Notes: generated by a model from the letters alone, not told the origin. A DNA stretch of 64,000 bases from Octopus vulgaris (GCA_951406725.2 OX597838.1:40796001-40860000), one strand, 5' to 3'; positions 36,980 through 53,374 are shown, numbered from the stretch's first letter. Translations and numbers: made by a program.

Positions 36980-39785
36980 GTAAATGAGCCCTGCTCTTGA
37001 CAAGCATACACAACTGCAAACATTGCAAACCAAGCTTTCCCCATTCCACACACCAGCAGAATACGTGCTCTCTCAAAGGTGTCGACCCACCCACCCATCC
37101 ACTCTTAATCTGCTTCCTCCATATGTGGCGATGACAGGCATTGCTCTCCCATTCAGGCTCCTGCATACCACAGACCTTTAATGAGGACTCGATACAGTCC
37201 TTAAATCGCAGCCTTGGTTTCTGATGGGGTCTCTTTCCATTCACAAGTTCCCCATATAGCATCTGCTTAGGGATCCTGCTATCCTTCATTCTAATAAGGT
37301 GTCCAGTCCAATGTAACTGGTGCTTGTACACCATTGCCTCAATACTCAAGATATCAGCTGTCCTCAGGACCTGTGTGTCTGGAGTTTTTGAGGTCCAGCC
37401 AACATTGAGAATGTGTCTGAGGCATCTCTGATGAAAGCGTTCAAGGACCCTTACATGACGTCTGTAAAGGGTCCATGTCTCTCATGAGTTAAGAAGCGAT
37501 GTCAATACACATGCACAGTACACAGCAATTTTTGTTTGCTTTGTGATGCCATGTTGGGACCAGACACGAGACTCAAGAGACCGGAAGGAATCAGTTGCTC
37601 TCTGCAGCCTGAAAGATATTTCATCATCCAGGGAACAAGAACGGCTGAGTGTGCTGCCCAGGTAGACAAACATGTCTACTACTTTCAGAATTGTTCCTTC
37701 AACCAAGATAGCTGGTTCCACATATGGATTTCCTGGTGCAGGCTGGAACATTACAACAGTCTTGTCCAGGCTAATGCTGAGCCCAAATGCTTTGCAAGAA
37801 GTAGAAATATGATTCATAAGTATTTGCATGTCATCCACTGTACGAGTGACTAAGTCACAGTCATCTGCATAAAGGAGGTCACGGATGAGAGACTGGAAAA
37901 CTTTTGAATTGGCAGATAATCGGTGCAGATTAAAGAGGTGGTCAGAAGATCGATACCTGACATATTCCCAAAGAGCTAACCTTAGCAAAAGCATGAGTAA
38001 AAGCAGCAACAAAGTACAAAGAAAAGAGAGTTGGGGCAAGGATGTCACCCTGCTTCACACCTTGGGAATGGGTCCCGCCATGCCACCACCAACATTGACC
38101 CAAGCCTCCATCCTATCATGAAATTATTTAATTAGATACAAAGTGATCCGGACATCCAAGTTTGCCAAGTATTTTCCATAGCAAAGCCCTATTCACAGTA
38201 TCGAAGGCCTTGGCTAAATCAATGAAAACCTAGACAAGATCTATATTCTACTCATAGCACTTCTCTTGCATCTGTTTTGCTGTAAAAATCACATCCATTG
38301 TCTCTCTATCAGATCGGAAGCTACATTGAGATTCAGGCAGGACATCATTTACGAGACACCCATTCAGGCGGGTAAGAATATTTGCCAGAACCTTGCCAGC
38401 AGCTGATAGTAGAGCAATACCTCTGTACTTACCACACATTGTTCTGGCTCCTCTTCCTTTACAGAGAAGAAGAATAATTGCAGCCTTCCAGTCCTTAGGC
38501 ATTGCACCATCCCTCCAGACTGCACTAATTAGTTCATGAAGGGACTGTATGGTGTAATCACCATTAAATCGCAAGACTTCAGCTCAAATTACATCTCTTC
38601 TAGGTATCCCACAAAGATTCAATTTACTTATTGATGTCATTACTTCATCTATTGAGGGTTTTGGAATTTAAGGAGCCAATGATAGATCTTTGTTGCATAG
38701 TATCAATTAATGTTTCATCCACAATTGACTCATGGTTTAGGAGTTCAGGGAAGTGTTCAATCCAGCAACCTGTGATTTCTGTTGATTTAGTAAATAGAGT
38801 AGAAGACCCCTTGGAAAGCAAAGGAGCTGATGAGGAGATCTTAGGTCCATAAATCTGCTACATAAGATGGTAAAGGTTCTTGCCGTCATTTGCATCAGCA
38901 GCAGTCTGAACATCACGAGCAAGGTCTTCTCACCAAGTGTTCAGCATCTTCCTGAGAGATCGCCGCAGTAGTGATTTTACACTGCTATAGTGAGCAAGTG
39001 CTAGATTTCGCTGCATTGCTGAAAGTCCTCTGTGTAACAATACATTATAGGCATGGCTCTTTACAGCCAATAGTCGCTGAACTTCAGCATCATTTTCATC
39101 AAACCAGACTCTGTGTCTGGCAGTAGAATATCCCAGTGTTTCTGCAGCACATTGAAGAACCCGATCTCGAAAATCTTCCCATGCTGCAGTATTCTCAATG
39201 CTAGACAAGCGAGTCTGAAGCTCTTTCCTCAACACAGCATCATATACCTTGTGGACATTCAGACGCCGAGGAATGCCAACTGTCCCCCTTCTCTCTTTCA
39301 CTCTAATCTTCATCCGGATCTTTGCTCGCACCAGACTGTGGTCTGTCCAGCATTCCGATCCATGAAAGAACTTGACATTACAAATGTCACAGATGTCAAG
39401 CATGCGGGTGATAACATAATCCAGCAAGTGCCAAACTTTAGACCTTGGATGCATCCACGCTGTTGTGTAATTACCTTTGTGCATGAGTACTTGCGATGTA
39501 AAGTCCATGTTTATCGCAAAGCTCCAGCAGCATAAGACCATTCCTGTTCCTTTTCCCTACACCCAAACGTCATAGAGAGTTCCATGTTTGCCAGTCTGTT
39601 CCAACCCTGGCATTGAAATCCCCCAATAGAATGACTTTATCAGAATTGAGGATTTTCCTAAGTATGGCTCTCAGCTGGATATAAAAAATAGTTTTATTTT
39701 CATCACAACTAGTCAAAGTAGGTGCATAGGCACTCATTAGGGTAGCAAACCGTGCTTACCTTTCAGGTGCAATCGTAATGTCATT
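36980..39785 (-). mobile_element. Decayed RTE-clade LINE (APE endonuclease + RT)
   Basis: SAYAPT, LLGDFNARVG, WMHPRSKVWHLLDYVITR, WTDHSLV, YRGIALLSAAGKVLA, LPESQC, DLLYADDC, YLGSTLS, RIPKQMLYGEL; frameshifted. Confidence 0.93.
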
Positions 39786-39938
39786 AAATAAATATACACG
39801 ACACCGAAAGTAGGGGAAGCAACTTGGAAACTACCTTTTAAAAACAGGTTTAGTCGCAAACCATTAATGATTTCATGGTTAGCCTACATAATACACTTTC
39901 CAATCGTCAGTGCAAACATAATCAGAACACATAAAAAT

Positions 39939-40215
39939 GAACATCTGTACATACCAAGCGAATTATTCCGACTATACCTGTGTACTGAGATGTAATTTGA
40001 GAAGCCCTACTTTTACATGGATATATAAGTGTTAACATTTGTATATGGTATGGTGGATACGTTTGCCGTTCGCTTGGTATGTACAGATGTTCCATGGTAC
40101 GGTTTCAAAACGACGAAAATATTCTGACAAATTAAATTTAAATGTTGAAGTGACTCTAAGGGATTTTGTGTGTTTTTAAATGGCTTATAAACACCTTCCA
40201 TGCTGCAATTGTTTA
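39939..40215 (+). mobile_element. Truncated copy of the 30670-30775 PLE tail preceded by a 24-bp inverted repeat
   Basis: CGACGAAAATATTCTGACAAATT...GCTGCAATTGTTT matches 30670-30775. IR at 39939-39962 / 40069-40092. Confidence 0.75.
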
Positions 40216-40217
40216 TA

Positions 40218-40284
<67 letters not shown>

Positions 40285-40294
40285 AATAAATATT

Positions 40295-40843
40295 AGGGAA
40301 TAAATCCAAACTTACAGGGAAAAATCAGATTTAGGATTGAATCCAATTTTATAGTAAAATATTATATTATATTAAATTAGAGACAAAACCACTATTAGGC
40401 AAATCAAACAATGAAAGACTTAAGCCAATACATATGATTAATTTATATTATTTAAATATGTAACAAAATTATTAAAAAAATATAATTAATATCCCACTTA
40501 TTTTTTCAACTATTTTCATGATTTTAATTGATTTGCAAAATTGATTTGCCTAATAGTGGTTTTGTCTCTAATTTAATATAATATATATATATATAATTTA
40601 CTGAAAAATTTAGATATGTCCATTTACATAGAATTTAAACCATGCATTTACTGAAAAATATTATAAAGCCAACACATGCTGATCTCGGTTTCCTTTATAA
40701 AAAATATATTGGAAATCTGCAAAGCTTGCTTTATAAATTTGATTTTAATTTACTAAATATATAAGGAAAGCTGAAGGTGCTTGTGTAGGAAATTGGGCGG
40801 CTATATTATAGGAAAATGATGAAAATAGTTGAAAAAATAAGTG
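40295..40843. repeat. AT-rich element with two overlapping inverted repeats
   Basis: 40362-40407 / 40541-40585 and 40495-40519 / 40819-40843. Confidence 0.8.
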
Positions 40844-40904
40844 TTACTGGGATCTTGATCTTTAAAATTTTTATGTCTGAATACTGTTATTATTTATCGA
40901 CTGA

Positions 40905-41135
40905 CTTCGGTGGTGTGCTGACAAAACCGTTAGCAAGGCAGAACAAAATACTTGACCGCATTTCGTTTCTCTTTACACTCTGAGTGTCAAATTCCGCCGA
41001 TATCAACTTTATTCATTCCTCCTTTCGAGGTCGATAAAATAAAGTACCTGGTCAAGTAATGAGGTCGATTTAATCGACTTAGAATTGCTTCCACTAAAAT
41101 TGCTGGCCTTATGCGAAACTTCGAAACTACTATTA
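40905..41135 (+). mobile_element. Diverged SINE family B copy
   Basis: CCTTTCGAGGTCGATAAAATAAAGTACC Nin-like core. Confidence 0.75.
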
Positions 41136-41554
41136 TCAGCTGGCCTACATCAGGAAGATGGCATTCAAGGAAAAATTGATCAAACTACTCCAGCTGTGAA
41201 AACCACAAGAATTACACCACGCAATATGTGAAGGAATCACAATTTAATTGCTGCTATTCAAGGGAGTTTCAATGAAATTATAAGAGTTGGTGAAATGGCA
41301 AGAAAAATAAACAACGACTTCTTTAGTAAATCCAAGTCAATTCTTAGCATGAAATCGTGCTAGAAAATTGTAGGTATTCTAGCCAGATGAAGAAATTTTG
41401 GTACCATTCTTCAAAACATCTTTACGACGCCATTTTAAATTCTTCTGACGTCATCGTTGTTGTTGTTGTTACTTTTGTTGTTTAGCGGCAAGGCATCTCC
41501 GTTCGAGTAAAGTTGTATTCAAAAATCTCTTAGCATTAACCATCACGTCCGTCT

Positions 41555-43810
<2,256 letters not shown>

Positions 43811-44289
43811 CTGTCGTTCACATAAAATATCACAAGGAATACATTATCGATTCTGTGAGTCCTTTTTTAAAGGCAATCCAGTGTGACTTCAGGAAGATTC
43901 GATTGCGTCTTTTCTTTTAGCAAATAGAGACTCGCAGCAAACTGACTTATCAGTGTTAGACGACATGACCAACATTACATTCATTATGTTTCAAACACTC
44001 CGTTTATTTTTTTTTTTCAATATTTACTCAGCAAGATACTACCTCAATTCACACATCCCAAAGTGGAAAGAAGGTTAGGGGACCTGGATTGGTCCTCTCA
44101 GTCATCAAACTCTAAACATATTGAAATAAAATAGTGACAAATATCACCAAACTAAACGATAACATTTGAGCGGTGAGGGAGGCTTTCAACTGATTTGGGG
44201 GAGGAATTCTCGTAAATTAAAACGTAATTAATTCAAACTGAAGACTCGTTTTCTAAAACACGAAAGTTCTTTAAAAAAAAATAGAACTT

Positions 44290-44560
44290 TAACCAGTGAA
44301 ACACTGGGGTCGATGTAATTGACTCATTCCCTCCCCCAAAATTGCTGCCCTCGTGGCAAAATTTGAAATCATTATTGTTGCTGCTGTTGGTACTGTTGTT
44401 GTTGCTATCATTATTATTAGCGAAGTGGCAGAATTGTTAGCATGTCTGACAAAATGCATAGGAGAATCAACTTTGTTTTTCATCCTTTCGAGGTCGACAG
44501 AATAAATAGCCAGTCAAGTACTGGAGTTGATGGTATAGATTAAATCTCTCTCCCCAACAT
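44290..44560. mobile_element. Two or more diverged SINE family B fragments
   Basis: CTGGGGTCGATGTAATTGACT tail; TGGCAGAATTGTTAGCA head and CATCCTTTCGAGGTCGAC core. Confidence 0.65.
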
Positions 44561-44718
44561 GTTGATACAACATTTCTTCATTAGCTATTCTTAAATCGTT
44601 TAATCATCTTATTAAATACAGCGCTCAGACGGTTACATCGGGATCGATGTAATCGACTATTCCACTTCTCTCAAAATGTCTGCCTACAGTAGAATCGTTT
44701 ATATTTTTATTATATTTC

Positions 44719-45128
44719 GGATCTTTTCGGTTTGAACGGCAGTTTTTTCAAATAATTTCCACGTAACTAAACACTTTTAAACTTCGTATACTGGTAGAAT
44801 GTGTTTATAAAACATCTTTTTCTCTTGGCTTTATTGAAAAAATTCTATAGTTTGTAAGATATTTGTTGCTTTTTTTCTTCAATTTCTGCAATTTCAACCA
44901 AACAATGACGTCTATTGAGGTGAAAACATTCTGTGCCGTATGAATATATCCCTCGTTTAAGAAATAGATTGGGTTTATTTACATTTCTGAAGAAAAAAGA
45001 TAACCTTCCCCCCACCCCTAACCCTAAAATAGATTGAAATGCAATAGATCGATACTAGGGTCATAATTATGGGTGACAATTTCATATGACACCGCTAGAA
45101 AAAACTGCCGTTCAAACCGAAAAGATCC
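44719..45128. mobile_element. MITE with 31-bp TIRs and 8-bp TSD (Merlin-like)
   Basis: TIR GGATCTTTTCGGTTTGAACGGCAGTTTTTTC at both ends. TSD TATATTTC at 44711-44718 and 45129-45136. Confidence 0.9.
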
Positions 45129-46116
45129 TATATTTCTTTTATTTTTACTTTTTAATCTTTTTATATATATTTTTATTTTTCCACTTCGTTTCTTATGTCC
45201 TTATTTTCATAAATATTATACTTAATTCAAAAACAAGCGGTGAAGCAGAAATTTTCTTTAACTAAAAGTTTACCGTGAACAAGTCATCAAGTTTACAAAT
45301 CATTTGTCTCGTAGACGCCCAGAGAACCCTTAGTTGATTAGCGTCAACGCTCTAGTGCCGGTAGATGATAGCCACTCCCATATTCTATAGAGGGAATTGT
45401 CATCTCTGTGAAAAACACTAAACTGATTGGCTGTGTTCCTAATTGAACACCCTCATACAATCAATGGAATTACGATGAACTCCTCCACATATTTCAAGGA
45501 ATCAAATTCGCTGCTCACTGCTTTATCTACCAACGGTTCATGTCGCCTAAAAAGATAACTACTGATATAGCAGATAATGGGATGAAAATTATATAATAAT
45601 ACAACATATTATATTATATATCGTATGCAAATAAATAACGGTGCTTTTGAAATATTTGTGGCATGAATTGTACTAATGACTATCGTTTCATGTTCATTTG
45701 TTATATTTATCACCACATGATATACGTTACATAAATTAGAGTTACATTGAACAAGTTAATATTGAGTCGATTGCTCTATTGACTGGATGATCAACTAGAA
45801 ATATTCATTTGTATTTCTATAAAGTACGCTGCCGAGCAAATTCATGATGGAGTGCTACAGAGTTGACAATCACGATCATTGAGACTCAAAACAATTGCTT
45901 TATACTGAGAGACGCAAAAGTCTGAAACGGATCTGAAATTTCAATGAATTTGTTTGCAATTTGTTGTTTACAAAATGTGACTTTTTTCACATCTAACGTA
46001 CAGTTACTTCCTAAATATGTGTGTGTGCTTGTGTGTGTGTGTGTATTTGTGTGTGTGCTTGTGTGTGTGTGTACTTGTGTGTGTGTGTACTTGTGTGTGT
46101 GCGTGTGTGTGTGTAC

Positions 46117-46150
<34 letters not shown>

Positions 46151-46314
46151 GTGTGTGTTCGATTGTGTGTGTGTTCGGGTGTGTGTGTGTGTGTGTGTGT
46201 GTGTTCCGATGTGTGTGTGTTCGGATGTGTGTGTGTGTGTTCAGATGTGTGTGTGTTTGTCTTCGGGTGTGTGTTTGTGTTCGGGTGTGTTTGTGTGTAT
46301 TAGAGTGTATACGT

Positions 46315-46645
46315 ATTTACGTATAATTCTATATTTAAGAGATGAGGAATTATTTACGTTATTTATATTTGGCGAATATTTGTCCCCATCTTGTTCGATG
46401 TTAACACAACGTTTCGGCAGATATACCCTACAGCCTTCATCAGGTGTCTTGGGGAAATTTCGAACCTGGGTTCTTATTCCTAAGGCATTTTTAGATATTA
46501 TCATTATTATTATTATTACTATTACATCATTATTATTATTAGTAGTAGTAGTATTAGTATTATTATTATTCAGGTCACTGCCTGGAATCGAACTCGAAAT
46601 CTTGGGGTTAGTAACCCGCGCTCTTAACCACTACGCCATATGCCC
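46315..46645 (-). mobile_element. tRNA-headed SINE-like element carrying a hammerhead ribozyme
   Basis: tRNA-like head 46570-46645 (A box TGGCGTAGTGG, B box GTTCGATTCC), then (TAA)n, then HHR at 46403-46448. Confidence 0.75.
46403..46448 (-). ncRNA. Minimal type I hammerhead ribozyme
   Basis: Reverse complement: gacac-CTGATGA-a-ggc-tgtagggtatatct-gcc-GAAA-c-GTT-gtgtt, with palindromic stem III ACGT. Confidence 0.75.
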
Positions 46646-46927
46646 TGTGTTTGTGTGTGTAAATATTGACATATCTAAAACCAATATTTAATTAGATATT
46701 TTGGAGAGGGAAACACTTGTATAAACAGAATTTTTAATAATTTCATATGTAAATAGGAAACACTCTCTGTTCAATAAAGATAAACTTTATTGCTTCGCTG
46801 TCGGTCTATGGTTATTAAATGTATATCCTAATCCTTACATATGTATGTCTCTCTATCTTTACATATCTATATACATTTATATACTTATACATACATATAT
46901 GTTGTTGTTATTATTATTATTATTATT

Positions 46928-47310
46928 CAGTAGTTTTATTTTTACAGCGTGCTTTCACTTCACTACCGAGCGCAGCTCTGTGTGCCTTGGGTATGTGCTG
47001 TGATTTGTTGTGATGCTCTGATGGTTATTGTATGGAAAGTGTTCTGCGTAGGATGTGTGCAGTGCCTAGTAGTGCAATTTTCTGTATGTTATATGTGTTT
47101 GTAAGTCCTGGTGTTTTTGTTATGTATTTGTCTGAATATTTTTTTATCATGCCTAATGCACCTACTATGATAGGAATTGTTTCTGTTTTTAGATTCCACA
47201 TTCTGGTTAATTCTATTTCCAGGTCTTTGTATTTTGAAAGTTTCTCCATTTCTTTTGGAGACACGTTGTCCTCTGCTAGTATTGATACATCAATTAGAAT
47301 GCATTTATCA
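46928..47310 (-). mobile_element. R4/Dong-like LINE 3' end (RLE domain) in (TAA)n
   Basis: IDVS...EKLSKYKDLEIELTRMW...IPIIVGALG...QKIALLGTAHILRRTL, with (TAA)n on both sides. Confidence 0.88.
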
Positions 47311-47319
47311 TTATTATTA

Positions 47320-47374
<55 letters not shown>

Positions 47375-49511
47375 CATTTTTTCTTCTTTCAAATTTGCTT
47401 CCATTTCTTGCCGAGTGTCTTCCCGACTCCTAGGGCAAAGAAACTCATAGTATACATTGGTAGGCCATTAAACTAAACTCACTAGTTTGTACATTTTTTT
47501 TATAGAAATAAAGTTAAATTAAAATACATGAGTAGTAATAGTTCTCACATCGACAATGCTCTTCTCAATACGTGTGATGTACCAGTTAAAACAATCTTTT
47601 GCACTTCTTGCAGGGATGGTAAGCCAGGGATCATTCTCATATAATTTTCGGTTCCCTTCTTGATCATTCCTAGTGCTCCTACGATCACTGGTATTGTAAC
47701 CGCCTTGAGATACCACATTTTCTCAATTTCAATGAGCAGGTCTTTATATTTTCTGAGCTTGTCAAACTCTTTCGCCGAGATATTATGATCACTGGGGATG
47801 CTCATGTCGATCAATAAGCAAACTTTATTGTTTTGGTCTTTCACAACAATATCCGGTTTATTGGCTTTGATGGCTCGGTCTGTATGTACTGGAAAGTTCC
47901 ACAGAATCGTTACATTTTCTCCTTCAGGGTGGTGATTATACCACTTGTCGGCAGTTTTGATATTGTAATGCCGACTTATTAACCAGTGTAGATATTGGCC
48001 AACTCTGTCATGTCTTAATTTATACTCCACTGGTGCTAAGACTTTACATCCAGAGATTAGGTGGTCCACTGTTTCAATCATGGCGTTGCAGAATCGGCAT
48101 TTTGGGTCTGCTCCATTTTTCATCACATTGGCCTGGTAGTTCCGGGTTAATAGGCTTTGATCTTGAGCAGCCAGGATGAAACCTTCGCTCTCTGCTTTTA
48201 GCCCTGAGCTCCGTAGCCACTGATGGGTTTGCTTCTGGTCAACATCAGCTTGTTTGCTACGGGCCACATATTTGCCGTGCAGAGGTTTCTCCTCCCACCT
48301 ATCAGCCAATTGCTCGTGCACTTTTTTCGTTGCCATTATTTTCAACTTCTTTGCAACAATAGTTGCCGTACTTCCCTCGGGTTGTTCAGTTTGGGTATCC
48401 TGCACGAGATCAATAGCAAATTTTTGCTTTCCTTAATGATAGAATGAAGCTTCTTTCGTCTCTCGTGATTTTCCACGAGCTTTAGCATCCAGTCATTCGT
48501 TATTTCAAGATATTTGGCCAGTCCAGTAGTGGTTGTTTTGTAAGCTGGATCAGTCCTCGACCTCCTTGGGCTCTGGGGAGGTAAAGGCGATCTACGTCTG
48601 CCTTTGGGTGGTGCATCCTATTACAACTCAGCAGCTTGCGTATTTTTCTATCTATATTCTTTACTTCACTCATATTCCAGTTCAACACATTGTAGCTATA
48701 AGTAACAACTGGAACTGCTAGGGAATTTATAGCTAACACCTTGTTACGTGCATTTAGTTCAGATTTCAGGACTGCACGAACTCTCCTATAACATTCCTTC
48801 CTGATCTTCTCTTTCATGCTTGCATGCTGAATTCCAGAGCCTTCATTTATCCCTAAATATTTGTATGTTTGTTCTTGCTCAAGCTCTCTTATGACTGTGT
48901 CAACATCTAACACGACTGAATTTGTGGTCTTCCCTTTCCCTTTCTGGAAAGTGGCCTTGGCACACTTCTCAAGCCCAAACTCCATCCCGATGTCATCACT
49001 GAATGCTTTCACAATGCGCAATAGGCCTTCAAGTTCATTATCGTCTTTACCATAGAGTTTTAAGTCATCCATATAAAATAGATGGCTTATGTTTTTATTG
49101 ACAATTTTATACTCATACCCTGTTCTGTTTAATTCACTTGTAAGGGGTATTAGGGCTATGCAGAATATTAGAGGTGAAAGTGAGTCACCTTGAAAAATTC
49201 CACAGTTGATGTTTATATTCTCTGAGGCAAGTACTCCATTAGAGTGGTATAATTGGAGATTCGTATTCCACAACATATTGTGCTTCAGGAAGCTTGAAAT
49301 CACAGGGGAATTTTTGAAGATGTCCAGCGATTTCAAGATCCATGGATGCAGTATACTGTCGAAGGCCTTTTTATAGTCAATCCATGCGGAGCTGAGATTT
49401 CTGCGCTTGTTGTGACATGACAGTTCTCAAGGATCATACGATTATTTGGCAGTTGATCTTTGCATCCGTATGAGCCTCGGCGGCACCCTTTTTGTTCAAT
49501 GGGGAAAATAT
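47375..49511 (-). mobile_element. 5'-truncated R4/Dong-like LINE (RT + CCHC + RLE) in (TAA)n
   Basis: GIFQGDSLSP, HLFYMDDLKL, YKYLG, HHPKADVDRLY, CRFC...HLISGC...RHD, KPDIVV...IDMSIP...KLRKYKDL. Few frameshifts; (TAA)n on both sides. Confidence 0.93.
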
Positions 49512-49547
49512 CGTTATTATTATTATAATAATAATAATAATAATTAC

Positions 49548-49602
<55 letters not shown>

Positions 49603-50737
49603 GATGTTTGTTTCCATACCATGTTATAAATAAAAACAGTCCAATATGAAAGCGAGGGAGTATACGTTACTATTTATTCGAGTATATGTCTATTGATTTC
49701 AACAAGAAAATGCTTGGCGGTGGCTTCGACGTTTTGCTTCTATGAAGGCGGATAAGTCGAAATTTGGCAGCCATTGTTACTTTTATGTGTGTGGCTGTGT
49801 GTGTGATTTTGTGAGTGTCTTTCTGAAGTGGCTAAGGCTTCTCGTTAAGCCGTTAGGTATAGATTAAAGCGGAAATAAAAAAAGGCAAACGGTTTGGCAA
49901 GAATCGACAGGGACATTCAGTTTAGCAATATATGGTTTGCATAGTCTCTAACAACTGTTTCTAGAATTCCCAGCTATTGGAACATCATGTCGAGCGAGGA
50001 TTATACAGGCTGAGTATTCCGTCATCGGAGAGAGAGGGGTTAATCATATCTAGCAATGGAAGAATATTCTTCATCAATGGTATTATTACAGTTCATTTTG
50101 TCAAGAAAGGGTGGAGAAACCCAATTAAAAATCCAATTAAAATAGGTATTCATTAAGTAAATCCATGAACAAATGAAGAAAATTGATAATGTCTATTTGT
50201 AGAATGAAAACAAAGAGAATGGTTTAACACCAACCTGGCAGCGATAACGAGATAAAGAAAATGATTATGCGGAATTATTTATCTATGTTGTATAAGGATT
50301 GAGGAACGATTGCTTTTGGAGAAAACAACAGGAGCGGAACAGGAGAAAGTGACGCTGGCGTCTACGATTTTCTTCTCAAGAGTCTCACCTGCGTCAATGG
50401 CGTAAAAAGATGAGGAACGTTTCGATCACGAACGATGGCACGCCACTAAAAATAACATAGTTTACTCATTAACATTTTATATGATATCAACTCGATTGCT
50501 GTTGGCAACTGAATTTGCATTGAACGTTCATTGCAATCCCGATTTTATTTATTTAACGTTTGAATATGTTCTTTTGCGATGTGTATCCAAAGTGTGATCT
50601 CTGTAAAGGTTATTCATGAAGACGAAGTTTATATTTGTTTTTCTTTTACATATTATTGATAGCAACATTGCTGAGCGTATTTCTTACTCTGTGTATCATT
50701 TGATAAAATACACATAAAGAGACATAGATACATGTTT

Positions 50738-50809
<72 letters not shown>

Positions 50810-50877
50810 GTATAAACATACACATATATGCACGCATGTACGTACATGTATATACATATGCATACATACATACACGC

Positions 50878-50935
<58 letters not shown>

Positions 50936-51130
50936 GTAAGTGTATGAGTGTGTGTGTATGTGTTCGATCTCTTTTCCGATGCGGATGCACTGACGAATGG
51001 TGGCCGTTTACAGACATAGTGTAAATGGCTACGGTATACTCACACGCACAGGCAAGCATTGTTTTACACACATTCACGTTCACACACGCTCGCAGACATA
51101 TGTATACATGTGCGTATGCACGCGCGTGTG

Positions 51131-51175
<45 letters not shown>

Positions 51176-52923
51176 GCGCATACACAGACACAGACATATA
51201 TAAATATACATATACATATCTAAACAGAGATATTTAACTCTGTGTTGTGCGAGAGAAACCCATGCGTCAACGTGACTTTTAGAATCGATTCTATTAATTT
51301 CAAATCTGAATTTACAAACATTTCCTGTTCAATATTTATAAAGTTTATTGCTTTTCTGGTGTTATATCAGATTATTTTCACGCAAATACACATATACACA
51401 CATGTATATACCCACACACACAAACATACCTATATGTATGTATTTATGAATGCATATATATACGTATGTGCTTAAATACACCTTTACACACAATTTGTGT
51501 GTGTGTGTGTAAAGAGTGATATAGACAAAGAGAAGGGATAGAGAGAGAGAAACAGAGAGAGAGAGAAAGCTCCACGGATTATTTAATCTGAATGTTCATG
51601 AAAGAACCTTCAACCTTGATTTTCCTATTTATGTTTGTAAAGAGTAGAACATTAAGTATGTCAGAGGCAGATAACATATAGTAAGATTAAAAGAATTGGA
51701 TTTTTGGAGCCATTCATCGAAACCATTATTGTTGCTATCACCATTATTGCTACAAAATTAAAGAAGTCAGGGGTCGGGTCTGAAAGTCGGATAGGAAAGT
51801 CGCTTTAGCCATTGCCTTGGTTGTTCTAAAAACAAATACCGAAAGGAGAATGGCGACTTAAGAGACATTAAAAATGAGCGAAGAAGCAATCCCACTCCAG
51901 ATTAATGAAGATGTGTCTGGAAGCAAGGTAAAACCGAAAAAGAAAATTTCGTCACGGGTGACAAACAATTCGGAAGAATAGAGGACGGGTTTCTGGTTGC
52001 AAAGTAAGACAAGGGATCATTCTACTGCGTCATGCGTGGGTTGGTGGGAAAAAGGTGAATAATATTGCCAAATATAAACAGCTGATAGCTGGGAACAACG
52101 GTTTCGAAGTACAAGAAAGACAGGTCTAGAATCCCGAAGCAGCATAAACCATGCCAAAAGAAATGGTCAGAGGCGATGATTTAAGCGAATTAGAAGAATC
52201 TAGAAATGCTCACCAATATGATCGAACTGTTGAAAGGGACACAGCTTTTGGGATGAGTAATGGAAACGGACCCTGGTTCCAGTTGGGTTACGTAGGCATA
52301 CATGCATACATACAGGTAGAAAGAAAGATAGATAGATAGAGAGAGAGACAGACAGACAGATATGAAAAGGGAGACAGGGAAAGGAAGCGAAATAGAGAGA
52401 GAGAGAGAGAGAGAGAGTTGTGAGACAGAGATATTTAATAAAGCTAAAAACATTGAAAATTGTGTTAAATGTTTCAGTTTTGTAAGAATAAGCCAGAGAA
52501 ATATTTATTGCATATTTAATAAGATGTAAGAATCGCAGAGTGGGTGGGGAGGAATATGTGGTGGTGGGAGGAGCAGAAGGGGGGAAGAAGAAGAAGAAGA
52601 TCGGGGAAGATAAATATCAAAGGTGGAGCGAATGACACGATTTAAATATTGAAATATTGAGAAGAGATATGAAACGTTTAATTATGTAGAAAACGGCTGG
52701 TTAGATGAATGTGTGTGTGTGCATGTGTGTATGTGTGTATGTGTGTGTGTGGGTGCGCGCGCGTGCGTTTATGTATGTATGTATGTATGTATGTATATGT
52801 GTGTTTATGTTTACCATCACACGCACACACGCGATTACAGATATATATAAACACTCGCACACACATACATACACGCAGGCAGGCTTGCAGACAGAGAGAC
52901 AGACAGACAGACAGACAGACAGC

Positions 52924-52984
<61 letters not shown>

Positions 52985-53066
52985 GCAATAAAGACGGACG
53001 AATGGATTATCTGGTATTACAATAGCTTCATTAGGAGGCCTTATTATGAATAAGCATAATCCAATT

Positions 53067-53142
<76 letters not shown>

Positions 53143-53374
53143 ATATATATATATATATATATATACTGATTGCCATCGAGCTGCTGCAAGATGATTGCCT
53201 GGTTGGCAGAGACAGAATTCTCAGGAAAGTATCCGGTAGAAGATGAAGGCAACAAACAGCATGGTACCGTGGGCAAGAAATGGCAAACCCGCTTTGCATG
53301 CAAGATTCCAAGAGTTCCAACAAAACCTGAGTTAAAAGAATCAACACGAATAACAACAAAACAATAATAATCCT

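Noticed and set aside
46570-46645. Functional tRNA-Ser gene
   Set aside because: Acceptor stem does not pair well and there is no long variable arm; treated as a SINE head.
49690-52290. Purine-rich blocks resembling decayed LINE ORF1
   Set aside because: No recognisable motif or sustained reading frame.
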